Source of the DNA: Octopus vulgaris
Lineage: Eukaryota
Assembly: GCA_951406725.2 (NCBI GenBank)
Contig: OX597821.1
Location: 113,212,001-113,276,000, forward strand
DNA length: 64,000 nt
Reading direction: 5' to 3'
Shown here piece after piece: positions 36,879-50,987 of this stretch. Made by a program: the position numbers and the translations under genes. The notes beneath the pieces are model-generated. The model was not told the origin of the DNA. It made no database searches and saw only the letters and a program-made list of their open reading frames with translations. Position 1 is the first letter of the stretch. The number at the start of each line of letters is the position of its first letter.

Positions 36879-39800
36879 TATCATCATCATTTAACACCCA
36901 CCTTCCATGCTGGTAAGGGTGGAATGATTTTACAAGAGCCAGCCAAGCAGAAGCCTGCACCAGACTCCTGTAACTGTTTTGGCAGGATTTTTACAGTTGG
37001 ATGCCCTCCCAAACACCAACCACTCAGCAGTGGACTTAGTGCATTTTATGTGGTACAAACACAGGCGAGGTCAGTTTTGACAAGGTTTTTACAGCTGGAT
37101 GCCCTTCCAAACACCAACCAGTGTGGAATATATATGACAAGCTTCTTTCAGTTTCTGTCTACCAAATCCCCTCACAAGGCTTTGGTTGGCCCGGGGCTAT
37201 AGTAGAAGACACTTGCCCAAGGTGCCATGCAATGGGACTGAACCCAAGACCACCTGGTCGGGAATCAAGCTTCACAGCCACACGTGCACATACAAAATAC
37301 TACATTCTGCATGGAATATATACAAAGCATGGAAAGCAGACATTAAATAATGATGTGACCAGGAAAATACAACAGAATTCCAAGAACTGGTAGAAGGAAA
37401 ACCACTTACAACATCAGGCTTGTCTTCTGGCGGCAATATAAATGTGGCTAATTTATGACAACTTGGTGTTCCAGTTGGCCCAGCATCGCAATCACATTCA
37501 ACTGCAAACCGTACCTGATGTATGATGTTCTGTACACGCTGTGATGTCAGCTTTTCCTTTAGAGAAATTCTAAAGAGGTAATAGAAAATACAAACATTAT
37601 ATATAGTTAATCCAAACATGAAAACACAACAATGCAAGGACGTGGAACAAGTATAGTATTATTGGACGCTCAGGAAAGAAAAAGGTTTTAACGTTTCGAG
37701 CGGAACTCTTCGTCAGAAACATAGGAAAAGGAAAAACCCAAAGGAAGGAATACGGAGGAGAGAAAAAAAAAAAAAATCGCCAACGGTACACACGCGGTCA
37801 CATATACTAGGTGTTTTTCCCAGTTTCACCTTCTCTTTGTATTCAAAAACAAAAAAAAATAAAGGTTAAAAAAAAACAAAATATTTTAAGACAACAAATT
37901 AACAAAAAAAGAAAAAAAACCAAATTAATAAAAACGTTAAGTTGCCAATGGCTGTAGTAACTGGAAGGTTTCAGTACTCTGATATAACTAAAATCATCTT
38001 AATTTGTGTAATCAAAGTCTAATGTAGTCATTGTACCTCATCTGAACCTCAACCATGAATGAAAAACCAAGTATATGACAGTGAAGATGTTGTATGTACA
38101 CAAACAATCATATAAATCGTACTTTGTTAAACTACTTGACGTAAATACAATGTAAAACACTTGTCAGTAGCAGAAACTTTGAACAAATAGAATTAATGTT
38201 TGACATCCCCCCTTCCTTTCTCATTCATAAACACGGCGAGCTGGCAGAATCGTTAGCACGTCGGGCGAAATGCTCAGCAGTATTTCATCTGTCGCTACGT
38301 TCTGAGTTCAAATTCCGCCGAGGTCGACTTTGCCTTTCATCCTTTCGGGGTCGATTAAATAAGTACCAGTTACGCACTGGGGTCGATATGATCGACTTAA
38401 TCCGTTTGTCTGTCCTTGTCTGTCCCTTCTGTGTTTAGCCCCTTGTGGGTAGTAAAGAAATAAGTATTAATATAGCAGATTATCTCGGTAACCATGGGAG
38501 CTATGAAGAACATACAAAGCCCAGCAACACCACCGGATCATTCTACACATGTATAAATTTTCGTGCAATTCCACCCAGCTGTTTGACAAGAAAGAATCAC
38601 CCATGTCAAATTTATACATACAGATATATATATATAAGTCAATGTGAGGATATCTAATTCTCGTAAGGGATTATTGTATCCAAAATTTCACTGATTCAAT
38701 CACCAACACTGTTGAGGAATATCTCTTCGATATATATGGGATTCTCGTCTGGCCCTCGTGCCGGTGGCACATAAAAAGCACCATCCGTTCGTGGCCGTTT
38801 GCCAGCTCTGTCTGGCACCAGTGCGGGTGGCACGTAAAAAGCACCCACTACACTCACGGAGTGGTTGGCGTTAGGAAGGGCATCCAGCCGTAGAAACACT
38901 GCCAGATTTGACTGGGCCTGATGAAGCCTTCTGGCTTCACAGACCCCAGTAGAACCGTCCAACCCATGCTAGCATGGAAAACGGACGCTAAACGATGATG
39001 ATGATGATGATATATATATATATATATATATATATCTAATCCTTGTAAGGGATTATTGTATCCAAAATTTCACTGATTCAATCACCAACACTGTTGAGGA
39101 ATATCTCTTCGATATATATGGGATTATTGTTGTAAGTATAAATATGATTAAAGAATGGTGAGTTAGTAAGGATATGAAATAAATTTATTAACATACTGCA
39201 AAAAGAAAAAAAGAAAAAAAGAAAAAAAGAATCCACTGATAAAATCCAATCCATCAACACACAACTGTTTCTATTGTACTCTAACCCCGATGAGATTCTA
39301 CCCAATATTATTCAAAATGCTATCTTATCCTAATCTTTTGGATTTATTCCAATCTTTGAATTTGTTGCAATTATATATTGGACTGAATTGAAATGTACGT
39401 AGGCAGGCTTTTGGCAGTATGTTAATAAATTAATTTTATATCCTTACCAACTCTCCATTCTCCTTTAATCATATATACACAGATACACACAATGGTTAAG
39501 GAATGGAGAAGATAGCAGGCAGAACCTCGGAAGTGGTAAATATCCAAGCAAAGATTTTGGTACAAGGCCAGCAAGTTTGGGGGAGGGTTAAGTCGATTAC
39601 ATCACCTCCAGCACTCAGCTGGTACTATTTTATTGACACTAAAAGGATGAAAGGCAAAGTCGATCTCAGCGGAAAATGAACTCAGAATGTCAAGACATAT
39701 GACATGTTACTAAGTGTTTTGCCCACCGTGATGACAGTTCTGCCAGCTCATCACAATGTAACTACACTTTGGCTGTTGGCAATCTCTTCTTTTCCTCCTT

Positions 39801-42372
39801 TTCGACGAAGAGCTATGCCCGAAACATTAAACCCTCTCCTGTCACCAAGCGTCAAGCTAATACACTTCTTGTGCACATCCTCATGTTCATTGTTTTCTCT
39901 ATTTGAATTGACTATATATATATATATTAGAAGGTTAGGAGGTGATGTTCAGGTATTTACTAGAGTGGATGCAAGCGCTAATACATGATTTATAAAAACA
40001 TGTGACATATTAATAAATATCTGTAAATATAAAACCATCCAGATTTTTGAGTACCTTATTTCTTCTAATATATATACAGGTGCAGGAGTAGCTGTGTGGT
40101 AAGTAGCTTGTTTACCAACCACATGGTTCTTGGTTCAGTCCCACTGCATGGCACCTTGGGCAAGTGTCTTCTACTATAGCCTCGGGCCAACCAAAGCCTT
40201 GTGAGTGGATTTGGTAGATGGAAACTGAAAGAAGACCTTCGTATATGTGTATACATATATGTATGTGTGTGTGTGTGTGTTTATGTGTCTGCATTTGTCC
40301 CCCCAACATTGTTTGACAACTGATGGTGGTGTGTTTATGTCCCCCATAACCTAGCGGTTTGGCAAAAAAGACCGGTAGAATAAGTACTAGGCTTACAAAG
40401 AATAAGTCCTGGGGTCACTTCCAAAAATATCTGCCAACTCCAATTACTAAATTTTTTTTTCGTTTTTTTATTTTAACAAAAGGAACAATTTATACTTACA
40501 TTCCTATAGCTTTGGTCACAGCTGACTTCACATGTTCTGACAGAGTTCTAAGACCTATGACCAACAGAAACAAATCAATGGAAATGTTTAGAAATGGATT
40601 TAACAAAAATAACATTCATTTAATCCACTCATTTAACAAGTTAATTAATCAAAGTTGAGATAAACAATTTGTAAATAATACTAGCAAGACAGCAAGCTGG
40701 CATAAATGTGAGCATACCGGGCGAAATGCATAGTGGTATTTCGTCTGCCACTACATTCTGAGTTCAAATTCCGCCGAGGTCAACTTTGCCTTTCATCCTT
40801 TTGGGGTCGATAAATTAAGTACCAGTTGTGTACTGGGATTGATCTAATCAACTGGCCTCCTCCCCAAAAATTTCAGGCCTTGTGCCTAGAGTAGAAAAGA
40901 ATATTGAGACAGCAAGTTCCTAGCCAAGAGTAATCCTCTGTACTTAGCATTTGATGAGCTATAATCCTATAATCTATAGTCTGGAGCTCACTTCCAAAGC
41001 TAGGAGTTGGAGAATGGTTGGAGAGAGCCACATCCAGAGAAGGTTTCCCTGCAAAGTGAGGCTTAGAAATCAGTTCATCAAGGAATTCAGAGTGCAAGGA
41101 AGTATCTGCCATAGTTTAGTTCTCAGCCTCCTCCTATTTATCATGGTCATCCAGGCCATAACAGTGGCCTCTGGAAGCTCCTATATGCCAGTGGCTTAGT
41201 GCTCCTAAGGCACCCATGCTGGTGCCACGAGAAAGGCACTCGTGCTGGTGCCACATGAAAAGCACCTAATATACTCTGTAAAGTGGTTGGCTTTAGGAAG
41301 GGCATCCAGCAGTAAAAAACCCTGCCAAAACAGACAACTGGGGCCTGGTGCAGCTCTCTGGCTTCCCAGCTCCTGTCGAACTGTCCAAGCCATACCAGCA
41401 TAGAAAACTGACATTTGATGATAATGATGATGATGATGTTTGGATTTGCAGAATAATCCAGTAAAATACAAAAATTCTTTAATATAAAATTGCTAAAAAA
41501 TACAAGTATATTATCTTACCTTCACCTAATAAATGTTCCACTACTGCAAGTAACCGTTCTTGTATGTCTAAAGTAGGACCGTCAGTCTCTGATTCCTTAA
41601 AGAATCCAAAAGAAATTACTTAAAATGGGACCAAATATGTACAAAAGTCTTAAATGAATGGAAATGACTGCTTTTTCCATTTTATTCTTGTTATTTTTTT
41701 ATAATTTTTTTTTTTGTGCCAGTGTGGTTAAATAGATCATTTTCCAACTGCATGGTTCTGAGTTCAGTTCCGTTGTGTGGAACTTAGGACAAGTGTTTTG
41801 TACTATAGCCTCAGGCTAACCAAAGCCTTGTGAGTGGATTTCTTAGATGGAGGGTAAAAGAGGTCTGCCATGTGTGTGTGTGTGTCCTTGTTTTGACATC
41901 ATGTGATGATTGTAAGCATCACCATCATATAAGCAGACACTTTCATTTCCAATCTTGCTCCAAAACATGTCTGGACATGGAAAAAATATTACCTTGCTTG
42001 AAAACAGGTGAAAGTTGGCAGTAGGAAAGGCATCCAGCCATCATCATTGTTCAACCGTGGTCGAGACAATGGAATTTACCATGCTACGCCAGACTTCACG
42101 GCCCATCATGGCATTACTGAAGTCTTGTTGCTGGATGCCTGTATCCCTGGAGATTACATCAGGGTAGGAGAGTGTGTGCCCTCTGGTATTGCAAGTAGAT
42201 GGCTTCCAGAGGAGAAGAGTAGGAATTACCTCTTTTTCAGGTCTACAACAATGTCCAGCAAACTGGACTCTCCTACCTTTCACATAGAAAATCTGCTTCA
42301 ACAAATTCCATCTGACCCATTCAACCAGGGAAAAATGGACATGAAAATGACTACACACACACACATGTATGT

Positions 42373-42418
<46 letters not shown>

Positions 42419-45400
42419 GTTGGCGTTAGGAAGGACATCCAGCTGTAGAAACATTGCCAGATCAGACTGGGCCTGGTGCAGCCTCCTGGTTTCCCAGACC
42501 CCAGTCGAACCATCCAACCCATAATAGCATCGAAAACGGATGTTAAACGATGATGATGATGATATCAAAACATTAATTAGAACATCAGAATAAGAAAAGG
42601 ATAAAAATTTTAAAACTAGAATTTAACTCACAATATCACTTGTCTTTTCTATAAATTTATCTCTGTAAATATATGCACCGATAACATTGAGTTGAACTCT
42701 GAGCAGCAGAGCTAGCATACTACACAAATAAACAGCAGATATGGTTCGGGTGAAACCTGTAAACAAATAAAATAAACTCGGGAGTAATGTTTGCACATGG
42801 TTATGTCACCAATCGTAACATTTGTTAGAGATCTTCAATGACAGATTTTTACATGCACCCACTTGACTCACTAACAAATACAGTTAAATTACCCTCAAAT
42901 CACACACTGATGTCTTAACCTTTCTGGCACCAACCAGCCTGAGATTGTTCTTGGTTCTATGATATAAACTCCCAGTTTTAAAGTGATTCGAATTAAAATT
43001 TTCCATAAAAATTTCATGCCAATTTTTATGGAAAATTTTAATTTAAATTACATCAGGTTAATTAATAATGACAAAGTAATTTTACTAAATACTTAATTAT
43101 TTTCAAAAATCAGTTGAAACAAAGGTACGTGCCACATAAAAAGAAAATCTCCCAGTACACTCTGTGAAGTGGTTGGCGTTAAAAAGGGCATCAAAACCAA
43201 GCCAAAAACAGACAGCAGAACCTTTTGCGGTTCCTGGGCTTGCTGGCTGCTGTCAAACCACCCAACCCATGCCAGCATGGAAAACGGAAGTATGATGATG
43301 ATTAAAGTGGACTAAGTTAAAACCTTGTATCAAAAGTTTCAATTTAATTTATATTCCAAACACCAGCTTCACAATGCCAAAGATATTTTACGAAATTCTT
43401 CATTATTTTCAAAAACCAATTGAAATAACAGGAATGTATTTCAACAGAAATCATCATCATCATTTAACATCCACTTTCTATGCTGGCATGGGTTGGATGG
43501 TTTGACTGAGGGCTGGTGAGCTAGAGGCTGCATTGGGCTCCAATCTGGTCTGGCAGTGTTTCTACAGCTGGATGCCCTTCCTAACACCAACCACTCCAAG
43601 AGTGTAGTGGGTGCTTTTATGTGCCGCCAGTCAGGCGGTACTGGCATCAACCATGCTCAAATGGTGCTTTTTACGTGCCACCTGTACAGGAGCCAGTCAG
43701 GCGGCAATGGCAACTACCATGCTCAAATGGTGATTTTTATGTGCCACCAGCACGAGAGTCAGTTAGGTGACACTGTGAGACAGCAATGAATAAGAGGGAT
43801 ATCTTATAAATAATTAAAAGCTGTGGTATATCGCATGGCTGAATAACAAAAGACAAAATCTGAATCTGTTAAATGATTTCTTCTGAAAAGATGGGATTAA
43901 CTGTTCAAAAAAAGAGTTTTCTGTCAAGGATTAAGATTAGTCTACTTACTTAATAGTTTTAGTTGATTCCATATCTGAAGTTGATTTTCTGGACTGGAAA
44001 AAGCGAAAGAAAAGAAACACACAATAAACCAAATCACCAATACTTGCCATTTAAATGTATGCTGTATATGTGTAGATATATTTATTGCACGTGTGTGTGT
44101 GTGTGTGTGTGTGTATCTTGTGATTTGCAGTTCATAAGAAGATCAGCCCAACACAGCAAGACTAAGTTCTAAAAGTGCTGTGTGTGTGTAACTGGGCCCT
44201 CAACCAAGTTCCTTTTCAGGACATCCTCTACTCATCATCTCTCAAACTGCCGCTTTCCCCTCGATTCCATTAATCCTTCTCACTATATAATCCAGCATCC
44301 TTTTGATACTGTCCTCTCCGCCAACATCTTACACTGACCCCTCCACCCCGCCAGCACCACCACTATGAGCCACCAAATCATCTCGCCTCTTCCACCACCA
44401 TATACTGCTCACTCTCTCATTGCGCTAAGACTGCCTCCCCACCACCTCATCTCTCTCACCTTGTTCCCCTGTCCACTGTAACATTATTCTTCACCCCCAA
44501 CTCTTTCTACATTCACTGTACCCATCCCTCGACCCTATCCAATCTCTACAGTTGTCACCTACTCTTCCCTTCCTCCCCTATTTATCATCCACTCAACACT
44601 TGACCATTATATTCACACACACCCTCCCCCTACTCCCCTACCCACCCCACTGGCTCCTCTTCCTCCTCCTCATTTCGCTTTTACTCACACAACGAGGATT
44701 CACACATGCTTAAATTTCCTCTCTTCCCCACTCCACCCAACCACCTCTTCTAAAATGTGAGTATCCATCCACATGGCTCCACTACAGTAAAATACCCGTT
44801 TTGCTCTGGCTCCTTCTCTAATACTTTAAGCCCTTCATTTCCTCACATAAAGCCACTGCCTTGGGGTTGACAATCTAGCAAGATGCTCGGTGACCTCACA
44901 AGTGCCAATGACACCAAAACTAGCACCCAGCACACACTGTAAAGAAGCTGGTATTTGGAAGGGCATCCAGCTGCAGAAACAATACCAAAACAGACCCTGG
45001 GGCACGATGCAGTCTTCAGACACATGTGCAGACTGGATGCCGAATGCACTCTTGCCAAAAAACAAGGAGTCGAATGAACATAAAGCTGAACAGACACAAT
45101 ACCAAATGGACATAAAGCCAGATGGACACATCATCATCATCATCGTTTAATGTCCGCTTTCCATGCTAGCATGGGTTGGACGATTTTGACTGAGGGCTGG
45201 CGAACCAGATGGCTGCACCAGGCTCCAATCTTGATTTGGCAGAGTTTCTACAGCTGGATGCCCTTCCTAATGCCAACCACTCCGAGAGTGTAGTGGGTGC
45301 TTTTTATGTGCCACCGGCATGGGGGCCAGTCAGGCAGTACTGGAAATGACCTCGCTCGAATCCTTTTACACATGCCACTAAGGCGACGTTGGTAACAATC

Positions 45401-48400
45401 ACACTCAAATGGTGCCCTTTTACATGCCACTGGCACAGAAGCCAGTTGGCTGCTCTGGCAACGGGAAACATTCCTACCTACATAGTTTAATGACCAATTC
45501 ACCACTTTAGGCCACAACTCAACACTCAACTCCTGCTTCTCTTTGGCCCAAGTGAACCTGCCTTACAAATGGAGGAGAAAGTACTCAATACATGTAATAT
45601 ATGTTTATTTGAATTTGAGTAACAAGAACTAAAAGTAAATATAGGAGTGGCTGTGTGGTAAGTAGCTTGCTTACCAACCACATGGTTCCGGATTAAGTCC
45701 CACTACGTGGCACCTTGGGAAAGTATCTTCTACTATAGCCTCGGGCCGACCAAAGCCTTGTGAGTGGATTTAGTAGACGGAAACTGAAAGAAGACCATTG
45801 TATATATGTGTGTGTGTGTGTGTGTGTGTCAGTGTTTGTCCCTCCAACATCGCTTGACAACCGATGGTGGTGTGTTTACGTCCCCATAACTTCGTGGTTC
45901 GGCAAAAGAGACCGATAGAATAAGTACTAGGCTTACAAAGAATGAGTCCTGGGGTCGATTTGCTCGACTAAAGGTGGTGATCCAACATGATCACAGTCAA
46001 ATGACTGAAACAAGTAAAAGAGTAAAAGAATATATGTATGAAACTCAGTATCGTTATCATCATTTTAATGGTTTTACATGGTTTGGATAGAGTTTATCAA
46101 AGTAGATTTCAATAGCAAGATGACCTTCCTGTCACCACTGAAACCTCGTCTACTTCCAAGCAAAGTAATATTCTTCACAGCCAGACATGACTGGAAATGA
46201 ATGTTGCTGCTTGTATGACAGTGAGACTTATTTACAATTATCACACCACAATACCAAGACAAAAAGACAACATACACAGTAACTAAATATATAATTACTA
46301 AGTGACTATGACAGAAATGTATACCTGATTTTAAGCTGCTTTGTAAGAGTTTCTGTGTCAATAGCATTCAGAAGGCATTCCCTAAGGTTTGGTAGCATTG
46401 ATAAGGCTGTTGGAAGAGAAAACAGACATCTATGAGCAGTTTCAAAATACCGTTATCAACCAGTCACATGATTAAAATGACACAAAATCAGTCTTGGTCT
46501 GCATTACATAATTTCTCTAAGAGAACCCGATTCTTACTGTTTTTTCTCATTATTTCTTCCATAGACTTATTGTATTGCAAGTAAGTATCTGACTACATCC
46601 ACCAACCATTATGCACCAAAGTGAGAAAGCGCATGACTTAATGGTTAGGGTATCTTGCTCACAATCATAAGGTCTTGAGTTCAATACCCAGCAGTGCATT
46701 GTGTCCTTAAACAAGACACTTTATTTCATGTTACTTCATTCAACTGGCAAAATGAAGAGTACCATCATTTTGAAAGACCAGCCTTGTCACGTTCTGTGTC
46801 ATGCTGAATCTCCCCGAGAGTAATGTTAAGGGTATGCATGTCTATATAAAGGTGGCAAGCTGACAGAAATGTTAGCACGCCGAGCGAAATGCGTAGCCGT
46901 ATTTCGCCTGCCGTTACGTTCTGAGTTCAAATTCTGCCAAGGTCGACTTTGCCTTTCATCCTTTCAGGGTCAATTAAATAAGTACCAGTTACACACTGGG
47001 GTCGAGATAATCGACTTAATCCGTTTGTCTGTCCTTGTTTCTCCTCTCTATGTTTAGCCCCTTGTGGGAATTAAAAAAATAGGTATGCATGTCTATGGAG
47101 TACTCAGACACTTGAATGCTAATTTCACAAGCAGTCTGTTCCGTTGATCAGATCAACAGGATCCCTCATTGTTGTAACCAATGGGTAGAGTGCCAGCTTT
47201 TAGCTCATACAGTGAAATACTATAAATAAATGAAGAAGAGCCAGCTCTTATTTGTAGAATGAGTATGGTTTGGTGACATGTACTACACATTGGTTAATTC
47301 CTATAGATGCTTGTGTAATCATGTGCAGACACAGACACACTGTTGGCTCTCCCAGCTTTTAACTCAGTGGAACAGTAAGGCTGTGACAGCAGGAAAGAGA
47401 CAGGGAGCTGCACCAACACTCAACTGGTACTCATTTTAAAATCTGTAAATTGGAGCAATGTAGAATGAAGTGCCTTGCTCAAGGGCACATACTGCTCAGT
47501 TAAGAGCTCAAAACCTCAACATTATGATTATGAGCTGAATTGAATGTCCAAACCATTTGTGGCACTCCGTCGGTCATGACGACAAGGGTTCCAGTTAGTC
47601 CGATCAACGGAACATCCTGCTCGTGAAATTAACATGCAAATAGCTGAGCACTCCACAGACGTGTGTACCCTTAATGTAGTCTTTGGGGAGATTCAGCATG
47701 ATATAAAGTGTGACAGGGCTAGCCCTTTGAAATACAGGTACAACAGAAACAGGAAGAAAGAGAGAAAGTTGTGATGAAAGAGTACAGCAGGGTTCACCAC
47801 TGCTCCCTGCTAGAGCGTCATGGAGCTTCAGGTGGTTTTGCTCAATAAACACAACGCCCGGTCTGGGAATTGAAACCGCAATCCTACATCTGCAAGTTCA
47901 CTGCCCTAACCACTGGGCCATTGCACTTCCACTCCAAACCACTAAACCAGGAGCCTTTATTTAACAGGGGAAAAATAATAAAATTTATTTACCTGTGCAG
48001 TTGCATGTTTTTTGATTACTGGTAAAGTGATGTTGCTTCCTGTAGAAGAATGAGAAAATGGTAACACTAAATGAATAAAAGGAAATCACTGAAAGGTTAT
48101 TGAAGAATATACATGAAAGAAAGAAAGAATTTATGCAATAATTCATAACTCTTTTGATATCAACCCAACCAGGACCATCCCTGTTTCTACAATACAAAAT
48201 TCCTGTGAAATCAAAATCTTCCATCAAAATTCCATTCCAGACATCAGCATAATCCCAAAATTATTTCAATAATTTCTTCATGATTTTCAAAATATATAAA
48301 CATGGCTTCCATGCCAGTGGCACGTAAAAAGCACCCACTACACTCACGGAGTGGTTGGCGTTAAGAAGGGCATCCAGCTGTAGAAACACTGCCAGATCAG

Positions 48401-50335
48401 ACTGGAGCCTGGTGCAGCCTCCTGGCTTCCCAGACCCCAGTCGAACTGTCCAACCCATGCTAGCATGGAAAGCGGACGCTAAACAATGATGATGATTTAT
48501 TAAAATGCCCAGACTATCATAACCAGCAGCTTAACCATTTTGGTCCCAACCCACCTAAGACTACCCCTAGTCCTGATACAAATTCCCCTTTTTAATGGGT
48601 TCTAAATTAAAACTTTTCACCCAAATTTCCTGTTGATTTATGTTCCAAACGCCAGCTGAAGTAATTTTACTAAATTTATTATTTTCAAAATTAATTGAAA
48701 CAAAGTGTATTTCGAGAAAAATATGGTAACAAAAAGGTTAAACTATTTATATTTCAGTTACCATGATAGATCGGTAGCCACTACATGCATTTTTTTCTCT
48801 CCTTGTTTTTTTCTGTGTCCCTTTCTGTAGAAGAGTGTTGGCTCGAAACGTAAAAGACTTTCTATTCCTGAGCATTATACTAATACATCTGTTTGTTTTG
48901 TACACAACCTGTCTTTGTCTTCTGTTTTTTTTGTAAACTCTCCTTAAACTAGTTATATATAGGGACTAAATAGAAATACACCATGTGAAATTCAGTTCTT
49001 ATTACAATTTTGTTGCAATAAACCATTTCAAACATAGCTTCTCTAAATATTTCTTCAAAAACAATTTCGGGATTGCAATCAGGTTATAAAAACAATTCTA
49101 TTTATATTTTTGTTAATCACTATATATCATTGTTTATACATACATAAATATATATACATATTCATAATAATGATAATGAAATTATTGTATACAGTGCTCA
49201 GGTGCACCACAACTTGTCAAAAGTGTGTATAAAGTATATGCAGTTTTGTACAAATGTCTGGAAAGTGAACAGTGTATAAGTCAGATACATGCTTGTGTGT
49301 GTATGGAGGGGAGAAAATCAGGTGTAGTGTTAGTGAATCTCAAGAAGCATGGAAGTTTTGAAGGATGCAGTGCTCCAACAACTAACAACTGATGCCGGCA
49401 GTTTGTTACATGCTTCAGCAACTCTTAGTGTGAAAAAAATGTTTCCGAAAGCCATGGGAGCTGTGCTGTTTTCTGACTTTGTAAACATGTCCACAGGTGT
49501 TAGACAGGTGGATTTTGAAAAGGTGCTCAGAGTTATTGTTTGTAGGATGGTTAATAATTTTATGGGTGTCTGCCAAGTCAGCTGCCAGACGTCAGAGTTT
49601 CAATGTGTCCATGCCCAGGGAAGTAAGGTGTTCAGAATATGGCAAATGCCTGATGGAGAGTATTCTCTTGGTTGCACGTCGTTATTATTATTATTATTAT
49701 ATATATTATATATATTTATGTATCTATGTGTGTGTTTTTGTGTTTGTCTTCCACCATTGCTTAACTTAGCAGTACAGCAAAAAAGACATTAAGTCAAAAA
49801 AATGAGTAATTAAGTACTGGGATCAATTCATTTGAATAAAAATTCTTCAAGCTGGTGCCCCAGCATGGCCACAGTTTAATGACTGAAACAAGTAAGACAT
49901 CAACACCTTCATGCTTGTTCCTTTCATGTTTTCTACAAGTTGGACAAATGTGATGAATGCATCAATCATAAATATTAATTAAGCTCGTTATCTTTTAGCT
50001 TCATTAATTTACCTGGCATATATGGCATTTGCTCTGGCCTCTTTCACTCGAAATTCTGCAACTTTGTATTGGACATATTTTAATCCAAAGAATACACCTG
50101 AAAAAGAAATGGTAAGAAAATTCTATGAAGAATTATGTACACACACACACATACACACACACATATGCTGGCACATAAAAGCACCCATTACACTCTCAGA
50201 GTGGTTGGCGTTAGGAATGGTATCCAGTTGTAGAATGCATGCCAAAACAGACTGGAGTCTGGTGCAGCCTTCCAGTATGCCAACCCAGTCAAACCATCCA
50301 ACCCATGCAGCATGGACAACAGATGTTAAATGATG

Positions 50336-50383
<48 letters not shown>

Positions 50384-50910
50384 AGAGTAAACACATAAAT
50401 GTGAAACAAGGAGGAAAAAAGAGTACTCAAATACCAGTGGTAGAGTAATATGCTTTATCTAAAAGCAGCAGAAATTTAACAAAAGCTGTTAATAGGAGTT
50501 TCACGTTCCCATTTGGAGAGTTTTGTTAAAAAAAAAAAAAATTTTTTTTTTAACAAAACTGTCCAACGAACGGGAACGTGAAACTCTGAGTAACAGCTTT
50601 TGTTAAACTGCTTTAAATAAAGTTCATCATCATCATCATCATCGTTAACGTCCGTTCTCCATGCTAGCATGGGTTGGACGTTCGACCGGGATCTGGGAAG
50701 CAGAAGGCTGCATAGTCTTATCTGATGTTTCATGGATGCCCTTCCATGATGTATGGGTGCTTTTATATGCATGCCAGGCGAGGCTATCGGATATATATAT
50801 CGGCCACGAGTCGGATGGTGCTTTACGTACCACCAGACCAGGGATCCTGGCTGGTTCAATTCGATTTCGATTCCGCTTGCCCCAACATGTCTTCGCAAGC
50901 AGGGGTTGGC

Positions 50911-50987
<77 letters not shown>

